64,000 bases of DNA from Bacillota bacterium (GTDB lineage Bacteria > Bacillota > Ch66 > Ch109), in the NCBI GenBank assembly GCA_050952625.1, contig JBMNLH010000001.1:1056001-1120000 (forward strand). Reading direction: 5' to 3'. Shown piece by piece: positions 1-9,239 of the stretch. Position numbers and translations under genes: made by a program. The notes under the pieces were generated by a model that was given only the letters and a program-made list of their open reading frames with translations, did no database searches and was not told the origin of the DNA. Each line of letters begins with the position of its first letter. The first letter of the stretch is position 1.

Positions 1-71
1 GACAGATTCGAGTTACGCAACACCGAGCCTTAGATCCTATTCTAATTGAACTCTGGTCTGAGAACAGTTGA
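1..71 (+). CDS. scpA: 3' end of segregation/condensation protein A (partial)
   Basis: Frame from nt 3 reads QIRVTQHRALDPILIELWSENS*, like the ScpA C-terminal winged helix; lies directly upstream of scpB. Confidence 0.7.
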   Translation, partial: QIRVTQHRALDPILIELWSENS

Positions 72-196
72 GGCTTGTATTTATTTCGGACACAAACTAG
101 GTCGGGAACGGATGTCAACTGCGATCATAATTTTCATTCTCGGTGGAATATAAGGTCTGATCTGAAATTTAGCAGAGTAATAAGGGAGAGGTTCTA

Positions 197-748
197 TTGG
201 TTCTGGCTTTTTTCCGGGAAGAAGGACAGGCAGCTTTAGAAGCTATACTATTTGTGGCTTCTGAACCGCTTTCCCTAGAAACGTTAAGCAACTTAATCGG
301 TTTAAACGAGGAAGATACTCAGGAGTTATTGGACGAGCTACAGACAGTTTATAACGGTGAAAGGCGTGGGTTGCAAATTGTCAAAGTAGCTCAGGGTTAT
401 CAGATGTGTACCCGGCCGGAGTATCATCAGTACGTTGAAAGACTCCTTCGACCCTCATATGGCCGGCTCTCCAAGGCTGCCTTAGAGTGTTTGGCAATTA
501 TTGCTTATCAGCAACCAGTTACTCGAGCAGAGATTGAGCAGATTCGGGGGGTTAAGGCGGACCGCGTTGTTTCAACCCTGCTCGAACGTCAACTTATTCA
601 AGAAGTTGGCCGAAAGGAGACAATCGGTCGGCCAATTTTGTATGGGACGACCAACGAATTCCTCCGCGTATTTGGCCTTAACAGCCTGTCTGAACTGCCG
701 CACTTAAATGATTTCCCCACATTCAAATCAGAATCCTTTGCTGATTAA
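197..748 (+). CDS. scpB: SMC-Scp complex subunit ScpB
   Basis: LEAILF, LSKAALECLAIIAYQQPVTRAEIEQIRGV and GRPILYGTT motifs. Confidence 0.97.
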   Translation: MVLAFFREEGQAALEAILFVASEPLSLETLSNLIGLNEEDTQELLDELQTVYNGERRGLQIVKVAQGYQMCTRPEYHQYVERLLRPSYGRLSKAALECLAIIAYQQPVTRAEIEQIRGVKADRVVSTLLERQLIQEVGRKETIGRPILYGTTNEFLRVFGLNSLSELPHLNDFPTFKSESFAD

Positions 749-1072
749 GCTTTTTGCTCATTTCTGCTATAAATCCGCTCTAATTCTAAGCGTTTACAAT
801 CATAACCAAAAATAAATACAACCTAAAAGAGGCTCAAGGACCATGTCCAATTGGGAATACTTAGAGTTAATAATGGGGATTACTAGATTATAACCAAGTT
901 GGTAAAACTGTAAGTTTTAACTTACTTACTAGTGCCAAGTTAAAAACGCCTTCAGCTAAATGTGTTCGATATAAACCTCCATGCCGCTAAGGAGCACGAT
1001 CAGAATATGAACAATCAAGACCGAGTAAAACACAAGCGTTAATTATGTTCAAACAGTAATAGAAAGACGAAA

Positions 1073-1768
1073 TTGATTGATGGCACTGGTAAAAGGTGGT
1101 ACACGGGCATGGGCACCAGTTTTATATATCTATCCCTGGGCTTCTTGACCTTGGCCGGAATAGTGTGGCTTTTTCCGCTTGAGTGTCAGGTTACCTATTG
1201 GAAGGACTGGAATCGGACTGAGGTAACGGTGACGATGGGATTAGTCAAACGGTCGAAACGGCTAGGGTCTAAATCCTTTACCTGGCACTGGATTTCAGAA
1301 AAAGAGGAAGTTTCTGCGAAAGTAGATCAAGCGATGACGCCGAAGGATGGGTCAAAATATGGATCACCGATTGATTTACCGGAAATTCGGTTGATTATGC
1401 AGCAAGTTAGTGAATATACCAAACGGGGAACCGAACTCGTTGGCCGGACTAAAATAAAACAGTTTTGTTGGGTAACGGAATTGGGATTGGTTAATCCGAT
1501 GGAAACTGCTTTAGCGACCGGGGTGCTCTGGGGAGTAAAAGGCTGGTTAATAAGTAGTATTAAACGTCGTTTTAAGCAAAACTTTAAATCATATCGGGTT
1601 AAAGTAATCCCAAACTTTCAACGGCAAGGTTTGCGGATTGAACTATTTTGGCAATTTGAAAGTCAGCTAGGGTATATACTCCTAGTTGCGTTCAAAATGC
1701 TTCAGTTTTATTTGATCAAAAGGTACCGGAAGGTTAGAGTAGGGGTTCGCTTATTTAGACATCGTTAA
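1073..1768 (+). CDS. DUF2953 / YtfI-like membrane protein
   Basis: N-terminal hydrophobic segment, GLxNPxxTALATGxLW motif, position before ytfJ; start may be ATG 1109. Confidence 0.7.
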   Translation: MIDGTGKRWYTGMGTSFIYLSLGFLTLAGIVWLFPLECQVTYWKDWNRTEVTVTMGLVKRSKRLGSKSFTWHWISEKEEVSAKVDQAMTPKDGSKYGSPIDLPEIRLIMQQVSEYTKRGTELVGRTKIKQFCWVTELGLVNPMETALATGVLWGVKGWLISSIKRRFKQNFKSYRVKVIPNFQRQGLRIELFWQFESQLGYILLVAFKMLQFYLIKRYRKVRVGVRLFRHR

Positions 1769-1823
1769 AGCTTAACCATTGATAAAAATACAGTAAAAAA
1801 TATTTAAGGTATGGAATTGTTTT

Positions 1824-1853
1824 GCATATTTGAGGGTCGATTGGGTCATATTA
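1824..1853 (+). promoter_or_regulatory. Forespore sigma-F/sigma-G-type promoter
   Basis: GCATA-15nt-GGTCATATTA (also GCATA-18nt-CATATTA) upstream of gerW/ytfJ. Confidence 0.6.
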
Positions 1854-1953
1854 TGATTGCCAGGATGGAGTTTAACCCGGTTTTTAAATGCTTAGGTAAA
1901 AAATCAGCTTGCATAGGCTGACAGCCAGGTTTAATGCAGAGGGGGAAGCTTAA

Positions 1954-2367
1954 GTGACAAATCATCCTATTGAAACATTGATGAAAACAGCCATGGAAAG
2001 TATAAAAGAAATGGTCGATGTAAATACAGTTGTGGGGGATCCGGTTGAAACTCCCGAGGGGACCGTGATTATTCCGGTTTCTCGGGTATCCTGTGGATTT
2101 GCGGCTGGTGGGGGAGAGTACGATACCAGTGGCGATTTACCGGAAGGCCATCTGCCATTCGGCGGAGGAAGTGGGGCCGGGGTGTCTGTCCAACCGGTTG
2201 GCTTTCTGGTTGTTGGGCAAAACCAGGTTCGTTTAATGCCGGTGGATGCTAATAATGCGGTTGATCGCTTAATAGACATGGCCCCCCAAGTTTTAAGCAA
2301 CCTTAGGGAAATGTTGACTCAGCGCCGGACCTCAGAAGTTACGAGAGTGACCGAGGTGGAGGCCTGA
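1954..2367 (+). CDS. ytfJ: GerW/YtfJ family sporulation protein
   Basis: HPIETLMKTAMESIKEMVDVNTVVGDP, GFAAGGGE and PFGGGSGAGVSVQPVGFLVV motifs. Confidence 0.95.
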   Translation: MTNHPIETLMKTAMESIKEMVDVNTVVGDPVETPEGTVIIPVSRVSCGFAAGGGEYDTSGDLPEGHLPFGGGSGAGVSVQPVGFLVVGQNQVRLMPVDANNAVDRLIDMAPQVLSNLREMLTQRRTSEVTRVTEVEA

Positions 2368-2422
2368 GCCATGCTTGTTTGAAATCTGCTGAACCACTCA
2401 TGCTCTAAGGACACAACTACCG

Positions 2423-2514
2423 ATGAAAAAAGCGGACATATGTCATCCTGAGCGTTAGTGAAGGATCTTGCTTCTCAGTGTAGAAGAATTATCCACTCTG
2501 CTCAGAATTGACAT
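2423..2514 (+). repeat. REP-like palindromic repeat family B, copy 1
   Basis: atgaaaa..agcggacatatgtcatcctgagcg..gaaggatcttg..ctcagaattgacat; matches 6837-6957 and, reversed, 32812-32930. Confidence 0.85.
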
Positions 2515-2553
2515 CTTATTATTATATTAAATTTATAACAACTAAGAGTTATT

Positions 2554-2588
2554 AAGCTCACCAGCTTTAACAGCGAGGTGAGCTTTTA
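2554..2588 (+). terminator. Intrinsic terminator after ytfJ
   Basis: aagctcacc...ggtgagctt stem followed by T run. Confidence 0.6.
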
Positions 2589-2602
2589 TATTTCCATGGT
2601 GG

Positions 2603-2631
2603 TTCTAACCTATATAGGATATTCATACCAT
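2603..2631 (+). promoter_or_regulatory. Sigma-E-like promoter for spmAB
   Basis: ttctaa-15nt-cataccat; spmAB are sigma-E genes in B. subtilis. Confidence 0.45.
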
Positions 2632-2663
2632 TTCAGTGAGGGAAGAGTTGGAGGTGATCTTTT

Positions 2664-3257
2664 TTGCTTAATGTGGTCTGGCTAGGAATGCTTCTGATTG
2701 GTATTGCAGTCGCCGCAGTTAATGGGCGGGTCGAGGTTGTTTCCCAGGCTGCTTTAAATTCGTCACAGGTGGCGGTAACGATTTGTTTAGAATTAGTCGG
2801 GATAATGACGATGTGGCTTGGTTTGTTAAAGATAGCTGAAAAATCAGGCTTAGTAGAACTTTTAGCCCGGGCAGTCAAGCCGATTACCAATTTGCTTTTT
2901 CCTAGTATACCGTCGGGTCATCCGGCTTTAGGGGCGATTATTATGAATATCAGTGCGAATATTCTGGGATTAGGCAATGCCGCCACTCCTTTTGGTCTCA
3001 AGGCAATGGAGGAAATGCAGGCCTTAAACCGGCGTTCGGAAACAGCCTCCGATGCGATGTGTACTTTTTTAGCCATTAACACCTCCTGTATCACCTTAAT
3101 CCCAGCGACAATTATTGGGGTCCGCGTAGGAGCTAACTCAACTAACCCAACGGAGATTGTGGGGCCAACTATTTTTGCCACTGCCTGTGCGATGGTGGTG
3201 GCCATTACGGCTGACGCAATCTTGCGTCATTTTTACCATCGCCGTCGCCGCTACTAA
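2664..3257 (+). CDS. spmA: Spore maturation protein A
   Basis: ANILGLGNAATPFGLKAMEEMQ and FLAINTS motifs; ggaggtga RBS. Confidence 0.96.
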   Translation: MLNVVWLGMLLIGIAVAAVNGRVEVVSQAALNSSQVAVTICLELVGIMTMWLGLLKIAEKSGLVELLARAVKPITNLLFPSIPSGHPALGAIIMNISANILGLGNAATPFGLKAMEEMQALNRRSETASDAMCTFLAINTSCITLIPATIIGVRVGANSTNPTEIVGPTIFATACAMVVAITADAILRHFYHRRRRY

Positions 3258-3290
3258 AGCCCAACTGAAACCGGAGGAGGGGGTAAGTAG

Positions 3291-3827
3291 GTGCTAGTAG
3301 AAGGGTTAGCTGTTGTTTCCAAGTGGGCTATTCCTACCTTGCTGTTTTTTGTGCCGGCCTATGGGATGCTTCGCCGGTTGCCGGTCTATCAGACTTTTAT
3401 TGAAGGAGCAGTTGAGGGATTTCACACGGCGGTTCGCATTATTCCTTACTTGGTGGGGATGATGATTTCGATTGGAGTTTTTCGAGCCTCCGGGGCCATG
3501 GAGGTACTAGCCGGGTTATTGGGACCTATTCTGGATTTATTACAGTTGCCACCGGATATCCTTCCTTTAGCTATTATGCGCCCGCTCTCAGGTAGTGCGG
3601 CCTTGGGGTTAGCCGCAGAAATAATTAATACCTACGGGCCGGATTCTTTTATTGGCCGGTTAGCTTCAACGATGCAAGGGACCACTGATACTACCTTTTT
3701 CGTTTTAACCATTTACTTTGGATCAGTGGGAATTAAATATTATCGCCATGCCGTTGTAGCCGGGTTATTGGCCGATCTGACCACTTTAATTGCCTCAATT
3801 ATTATTTGTAAGCAAATGTTTGGTTAG
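3291..3827 (+). CDS. spmB: Spore maturation protein B
   Basis: RPLSGS, GPDSFIGRLASTMQGTTDTTF and YFGSVGI motifs; follows spmA. Confidence 0.96.
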   Translation: MLVEGLAVVSKWAIPTLLFFVPAYGMLRRLPVYQTFIEGAVEGFHTAVRIIPYLVGMMISIGVFRASGAMEVLAGLLGPILDLLQLPPDILPLAIMRPLSGSAALGLAAEIINTYGPDSFIGRLASTMQGTTDTTFFVLTIYFGSVGIKYYRHAVVAGLLADLTTLIASIIICKQMFG

Positions 3828-3960
3828 GAGTGACCAAACGTTTTCCATTTTCTTAAGGCCTTGGGGATATACTATAGAGCAAGCCTGTGGAATAATAATG
3901 GTAGTAGTGGAAGTAATCCGAAGAGCCAGATTATGAAAGGAGGCAGTTTGGGCTAGATAT

Positions 3961-4767
3961 ATGGAACGTTTGCAGAAAGTATTAGCTAAGGCCGGGGTTG
4001 CGTCTCGGCGACGGAGTGAGGATATAATTGCTGATGGCCGAGTTCGGGTTAATGGTATGGTCGTTACCGAAATGGGGACAAAGGTTGATTGGGAGCACGA
4101 TGTTATTGAGGTAGACGGGCAACAATTAAAACGGATCGAGGAACCAGTCTATATAATGCTAAATAAACCGGTTGGTTATGTAACCACCCTGCGAGACCCT
4201 CAGGGGCGAAAGAAAGTAGTAGATTTAGTTAAGAATCTACCACAGCGAATCTACCCGGTTGGTCGATTGGATTATGATACAGAGGGTCTGCTCCTGATGA
4301 CAAACGATGGGGAATTAGCTCAAGCCTTAACTCATCCAAGGTTTGGGGTGGAAAAAACTTACATGGTCAAGGTGTTTGGAATTCCGCAGCCCCATAAACT
4401 TAAGCTTCTGCGAGACGGAATAATGCTAGAGGACGGTCAGACCGCACCGGCTCAGGTACGCCTTATTAGCCGGATGGATGGGAATGCCTTGCTGGAAATA
4501 AAGATCCATGAAGGGCGAAAACGTCAAGTGCGGCGAATGTGTCAAGCTATTGGACATCCAGTTATGAGGCTTCAACGGACCCATGTCGGTTTTCTGAGTT
4601 TGGATTCTTTAAAAACAGGTGAATATCGCTATTTAACTCTCGAAGAAATTACTCAATTAAGAAAGTTAGTCTCTAAGCACCGATACTCACCTAAAACCCA
4701 ACGCAACAACCCTAAAAAACAGGGTGGAAAAGCCAGAAGTAATAGTTTGGTCCGTCGACAGGCCTGA
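3961..4767 (+). CDS. rluB: 23S rRNA pseudouridine synthase B
   Basis: S4 domain ERLQKVLAKAGVASRR, catalytic VGRLDYDTEG, EGRKRQVRRM. Confidence 0.93.
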   Translation: MERLQKVLAKAGVASRRRSEDIIADGRVRVNGMVVTEMGTKVDWEHDVIEVDGQQLKRIEEPVYIMLNKPVGYVTTLRDPQGRKKVVDLVKNLPQRIYPVGRLDYDTEGLLLMTNDGELAQALTHPRFGVEKTYMVKVFGIPQPHKLKLLRDGIMLEDGQTAPAQVRLISRMDGNALLEIKIHEGRKRQVRRMCQAIGHPVMRLQRTHVGFLSLDSLKTGEYRYLTLEEITQLRKLVSKHRYSPKTQRNNPKKQGGKARSNSLVRRQA

Positions 4768-4803
4768 CCTAAAGACCAACAAAACCGCAAACTTTATCTG
4801 AAT

Positions 4804-4906
4804 CAAAAGACCCCACTTCTATAAGTGAGGGTTACCTTGTTTAAACTTCAGGTGGAGTAGAGTTCCATCTGAAGCCTCGATGTTCAGCGGAGCGGAACGA
4901 GTTCAC
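4804..4906 (+). repeat. Three-hairpin dispersed repeat family A, copy 1 (IS200/IS605-end-like MITE)
   Basis: caaaagaccccacttctataagtgaggg..ttcaggtggagtagagttccatctgaagcctcgatgttcagcggagcggaacgagttcac; four more copies in the window. Confidence 0.9.
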
Positions 4907-4917
4907 TGGCAAAACAG

Positions 4918-4950
4918 CCGGAAGTCACTTGTTTAGACTTCCGGTTTGAT
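4918..4950 (+). terminator. Hairpin, probable terminator after rluB
   Basis: ccggaagtc-9nt-gacttccgg followed by tttgattt. Confidence 0.55.
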
Positions 4951-5148
4951 TTATTTAAGATCAAACTCCCCACTAACATTTAGGAGCAGTTTAGAAAAAA
5001 CACCATATTTATGGGTAATTAGCAGGAAAATCCGCTTTATTGGCGAAGTATTCGACACTAGAAATATAACTTGCTCAATATCTATAAATATAGAAGATAT
5101 AGCATTTTTATCCATGTTTCACAAGACTAGATAAGGGAGGGCTTTATA

Positions 5149-5613
5149 TTGGTTAAGGCCAAGATTGGGGATGAGATAGTAAATATACCCCTGAGGCTGC
5201 GTGTTCGCTTTGATTATCGGGGAGTTAGCAAACCGAAGGGTTTATTTTTTGGCAGTAAAAACATAGATCAAGTGGCTGAAGAAACCAGGGATCATAAAGC
5301 AGCCTTGTTGAGAAATGTTCCAGTACAAGGAATCCAAATTGAAGATATTGATACCAGTAGTGAAGTCTATACGGTGTTTGACGAGGCCTTGGGAGCACCG
5401 GTGGCATATGCCCCGATTCAGGTGACAATTCAAGCTGAGGTCATTGAGGATGTGGTTAGATTTATCATGCAAGAAGAATTCCGCAAGGTGGAATTATTAG
5501 AACCGGATCAAGTTGTACTTGGCAAGCATGATATTGAAAGGCTTTTATTCAAAATGAATGAAGAGCTTCGAGCCTTTCAGATCGCTCTGGAACGAAGAGC
5601 AAATTTGCGATAG
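5149..5613 (+). CDS. Hypothetical protein
   Basis: 154-aa ORF with strong RBS aagggagg; tightly linked to the HDOD gene. Confidence 0.8.
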   Translation: MVKAKIGDEIVNIPLRLRVRFDYRGVSKPKGLFFGSKNIDQVAEETRDHKAALLRNVPVQGIQIEDIDTSSEVYTVFDEALGAPVAYAPIQVTIQAEVIEDVVRFIMQEEFRKVELLEPDQVVLGKHDIERLLFKMNEELRAFQIALERRANLR

Positions 5614-5620
5614 CGGGAGG

Positions 5621-6463
5621 GTGCTGATGCTGGAGAAAATAGTATCCCGGGTCAAGGATCTCCCAGCCTTACCAGCCATTGTAACTAGGGTTATCCAACT
5701 GACAGAAGATCCTAATTCAACAGCCAAAGATTTAAGTGAAATGCTAAGTCATGATCAAAGCCTAACGGCCAAGGTGTTGCGATTGGCCAACTCAGCCTAT
5801 TATGGATTTCCCCGACGCATAAACACCGTTGCCGATGCCGTTGTCTTACTTGGGTTTGGGGTTATTAGGAGTTTGGTAATGGCTGCTTCTGTTTACGATA
5901 TATTGGAAAAACCGGTGCAGGGTTATGCCCTAGCTCCGGGTGAGCTTTGGCGTCATTCGCAGGCCTGTGCAATGGGCTCGCGCTTGATTGCTCAAAGAGT
6001 TAAATACCGTTACCTCGATCAGGCTTATATTGGTGGACTGCTTCATGACATTGGAAAAGTCATTCTCAGCGAATATTTAAAAGAAGTTTATCAGCAGGTG
6101 ATTGATCGAGTCGTTCAGGAGCAGATTTCATTTACCGAGGTAGAGGTCGAAATCCTCGGTTTTGACCATGCAGCCGTAGGAGCTAGAGTGGTTGAGGAGT
6201 GGAACCTGCCGCCAGAGTTAGTAGATTGTATTGCCTATCACCACCGACCCTTACAAATGGCTGATAATTCGACTTTGGCCAGTATCGTTCATCTTTCTGA
6301 TGCAATCTGTATGACTATGGGTATAGGATTAGGTATTGACGGAATGTACTACCCATTAGACAGTCAAGCGGTTGAACTATTAAAATTGAACACAACGGAT
6401 ATAGAACTCATAATGTCTCGTTTAGCCGATGCTTTGGTAGACAGTAATTCTATACTGGCTTGA
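5621..6463 (+). CDS. HDOD domain protein
   Basis: LPALP, DQSLTAKVLRLANSAYYG, LWRHS, GLLHDIGK, GFDHAAVG and YHH motifs; RBS gggagg supports a start at 5621 or 5627. Confidence 0.92.
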   Translation: MLMLEKIVSRVKDLPALPAIVTRVIQLTEDPNSTAKDLSEMLSHDQSLTAKVLRLANSAYYGFPRRINTVADAVVLLGFGVIRSLVMAASVYDILEKPVQGYALAPGELWRHSQACAMGSRLIAQRVKYRYLDQAYIGGLLHDIGKVILSEYLKEVYQQVIDRVVQEQISFTEVEVEILGFDHAAVGARVVEEWNLPPELVDCIAYHHRPLQMADNSTLASIVHLSDAICMTMGIGLGIDGMYYPLDSQAVELLKLNTTDIELIMSRLADALVDSNSILA

Positions 6464-6547
6464 TTAAATACTTTAATAAATACACGTAAGAAAGGGCCCA
6501 TTTATTTACCGAGCCGGATGATGTTCTTCCGGTTTTTTATCTGAGTT

Positions 6548-6652
6548 CAAAAGCCCCCTACTCTTATAAGTTGGGGGGTACCTTGTGCAAACTTCAGGTA
6601 GAGTAGAGTCTCCACCTAAAGCCTCGATGTCGGCGAAGCGGGATGAGTTCGC
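6548..6652 (+). repeat. Repeat family A, copy 2
   Basis: caaaagccccctactcttataagttgggggg..ttcaggtagagtagagtctccacctaaagcctcgatgtcggcgaagcgggatgagttcgc. Confidence 0.9.
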
Positions 6653-6684
6653 AGATAAAAAAGAGGAAAAGATGATTGTTGAAA

Positions 6685-6711
6685 AGAGGAATTTACAACG
6701 AAAGGTAGAAT
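6685..6711 (+). promoter_or_regulatory. Sigma-H-like promoter
   Basis: AGAGGAATT-12nt-TAGAAT just upstream of the FadR-type operator. Confidence 0.45.
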
Positions 6712-6733
6712 ATAAAAAGCTTATATGATTATA

Positions 6734-6750
6734 TAGTGGTCTGACCACTA
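6734..6750. promoter_or_regulatory. FadR/GntR-type operator
   Basis: Palindrome TAGTGGTC-T-GACCACTA with the TGGT-N3-ACCA core typical of FadR-subfamily regulators; such a regulator is encoded at 10787. Confidence 0.75.
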
Positions 6751-6836
6751 GAACAGTCGGTTAGGTGATTATTGACCCCAGCTTATGAGATAGGTGATTT
6801 TTGTAAACCACCCCTGCCCGCAGAGCATAACCACTA

Positions 6837-6957
6837 ATGAAAATAGCGGACATATGTCATCCTGAGCGGTTAGCGAGGATCTTGCATCTCAACGTAGGAA
6901 GGCTTCTTCGCTTTAATCAGAATTACATGCGTAAACCGCACCACGATAAACGAATAA
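6837..6957 (+). repeat. REP-like repeat family B, copy 2
   Basis: atgaaaatagcggacatatgtcatcctgagcg..ggatcttg..cagaattacatgcgtaaaccgcaccacgataaacgaataa. Confidence 0.85.
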
Positions 6958-7023
6958 TGTTATATTTATTGCAATGACACGATATTAATACTATTTACTA
7001 ACTAATTAATACTAGAAGGCAGG

Positions 7024-7755
7024 TTGGATATGCGGCGCGTTATAGTACTGACCGGCGGATTTGGCAGCGGTAAAAGCGAGATTGCGATTAACCTGGCCCT
7101 GAGTTTAGCAGTCAAGGAAAAGACCGCTTTGGTTGACTTGGATATTGCCAACCCCTATTTTCGTTCTCGTGAGGTGAGGCATTTTTTAGCCGAGCAAGGA
7201 GTAAAGGCGATAGTGCCGCGAGAGGAATGGTTAGATGCGGACCTGCCTATTCTTGGTCCCGGCCTGCGCAGTCTGCTCTTGGATAACAGTGGCCGGGTTG
7301 TGTTAGATGTTGGCGGCGATGAGATCGGGGCGACTGCCCTGGGGGTATACCAGGCGGATTTAAATAAAATAGAGCATCACCTGCTCATGGTGGTTAATCC
7401 CTTTCGTCCCTATACCCGTAATCCTGATAGTATTGCGGTTATGTGCCGGGAGATCGAACGAACCTCTCGTCTAAAGATGAATGGAATTATTAGCAATCCT
7501 AATCTAGGTCAGGTGACTGAATTGAATCACGTACTCTGGGGGCATGAGATTGTGGTCCAAGCCGCAGAAAAACTCAGTTTGCCAATTTTGGGATTAGGAG
7601 TATTGGCCAATAGATTAGAGCAATGGCGCAGTCAGTTAACAGAGACGATTACTAATACCGTTAAACACTTTGACCTGATGCAGCCGCTGCCGTTAATTCC
7701 AATTCATATCTATTTGTTGCCGGAATGGTTAAAAAGTAGACCTTCCTGCCCCTAA
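7024..7755 (+). CDS. P-loop ATP-binding protein (MinD/CobQ-like) linked to the oxoacid oxidoreductase operon
   Basis: GGFGSGKSE Walker A, VDLDIANPYFRSRE, VLDVGGD. Confidence 0.85.
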   Translation: MDMRRVIVLTGGFGSGKSEIAINLALSLAVKEKTALVDLDIANPYFRSREVRHFLAEQGVKAIVPREEWLDADLPILGPGLRSLLLDNSGRVVLDVGGDEIGATALGVYQADLNKIEHHLLMVVNPFRPYTRNPDSIAVMCREIERTSRLKMNGIISNPNLGQVTELNHVLWGHEIVVQAAEKLSLPILGLGVLANRLEQWRSQLTETITNTVKHFDLMQPLPLIPIHIYLLPEWLKSRPSCP

Positions 7756-7953
7756 GCCGGACCATTAAACAATAAAAAATCATGATCACGTCGTGTTTTA
7801 ACAAAGGTCAGCGATTTGACGATTACAGTGAAGTCATCGACTCTACATCCTCAAAGGCCGGCCGATAATTTGATAAAAAATTATTATAATTTTAAAAAGA
7901 TAATACCATAATAGCTTTTTCATTAAACATAACAAAGAGACGAAGCAAGGAGG

Positions 7954-8181
7954 GTGTTAAGGAGGGTGGCAAAGGTCAGTTTTTTGGAGGAAAGATGTAA
8001 AGGTTGTGGCTTGTGTATTGCGTTTTGTCCTAAGAATTGCCTGGCTTTAGGCGGACATTTGAACACGCAGGGGTATCATCCAGCTACGCTAGTTGATGGG
8101 GAAAATTGTATTTCCTGTGCCATTTGTGCCCGGATGTGCCCAGATGTAGTAATTGAGGTGGAAAAGGAGGCCAGAAGGTGA
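7954..8181 (+). CDS. 2x[4Fe-4S] ferredoxin, delta subunit of 2-oxoacid:ferredoxin oxidoreductase
   Basis: CKGCGLCIAFCP and CISCAICARMCP; start may be GTG 7966. Confidence 0.92.
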   Translation: MLRRVAKVSFLEERCKGCGLCIAFCPKNCLALGGHLNTQGYHPATLVDGENCISCAICARMCPDVVIEVEKEARR

Positions 8182-9239
8182 AGAATTCGGAGCTTCTGTT
8201 AATGAAAGGGAATGAAGCAATTGGCGAGGCGGCGGTTCGGGGCGGCTGTCGGTATTTTTTTGGCTACCCCATTACCCCGCAGAGCGAAGTGCTTGAATAC
8301 TTGGCTCGTCGCTTGCCGGAAGTGGGCGGTGCTTATGTCCAGGCAGAAAGCGAAGTTTCGGCGATAAACATGGTGTTTGGGGCTGCCGCGGCCGGGGCTA
8401 GGGTAATGACAGCCTCGTCTAGTCCCGGTATCTCCTTGATGCAAGAGGGTATCTCTTATATTGCCTCAGCCCAATTACCGGCCGTTATCGTTAATATAAT
8501 GCGGGGTTCTCCCGGCTTAGGTGGTATTCAGCCTTCTCAGGCAGACTACTTTCAGTCGACTAAAGGTGGGGGACATGGAGATTACCGGCTATTGGTGTTA
8601 GCTCCCTCCACAGTTCAAGAAATGATTGACCATACTATTTTGGCTTTTGAATTAGCGGAAAAGTACTGTACACCAGTGGTGGTTTTTGCTGACGGCATGA
8701 TGGGACAAATGATGGAACCAGTCGTCTTGCCAGAGGTGGAACCCGTTCCTTCGGAGAAGCCCTGGGCAACTACTGGGATGCAAGGGCGAGGACCCAATAT
8801 AATTCACACCTTACACTTACCACCAGACGAATTAGAACAGCACTGCCATAACCTATTTGCTAAGTATCAGCAAATTGAAGCAAATGAAAAGCGGAGCTTA
8901 GCCTACTCCACCGAAGATGCCGAGATTTTAGTCGTTGCCTACGGCATCGTTAGTCGGGTGGCGAGAGCAGCGGTGGAGCAGGCGCGCGAGGCTGGGATTA
9001 AAGCGGGTCTCTTCCGTCCCGTTACTTTATGGCCTTTCCCGGACGAGGCTTTGGTCAATGCTGCCCAAAAAGCCCGGAAGGTGCTGGTAGTTGAAGTGAG
9101 TATGGGTCAGATGGTTGAAGATGTCCGGCTGAGCATCAACGGCCGGCTGCCGGTCGAGTTCTATGGTCGGATTGGTCAGGTGCCAACTCCCGGTGAGATT
9201 TTCAACAGGATTTCGCAAATGATCGCGGAGGTGGCCTAG
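8178..9239 (+). CDS. vorB: 2-oxoacid:ferredoxin oxidoreductase alpha-type subunit (VorB family)
   Basis: KGNEAIGEAA, GYPITPQSE, QAESE, SSSPGISLMQEG and GGGHGDY motifs. Confidence 0.88.
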   Translation: MKNSELLLMKGNEAIGEAAVRGGCRYFFGYPITPQSEVLEYLARRLPEVGGAYVQAESEVSAINMVFGAAAAGARVMTASSSPGISLMQEGISYIASAQLPAVIVNIMRGSPGLGGIQPSQADYFQSTKGGGHGDYRLLVLAPSTVQEMIDHTILAFELAEKYCTPVVVFADGMMGQMMEPVVLPEVEPVPSEKPWATTGMQGRGPNIIHTLHLPPDELEQHCHNLFAKYQQIEANEKRSLAYSTEDAEILVVAYGIVSRVARAAVEQAREAGIKAGLFRPVTLWPFPDEALVNAAQKARKVLVVEVSMGQMVEDVRLSINGRLPVEFYGRIGQVPTPGEIFNRISQMIAEVA

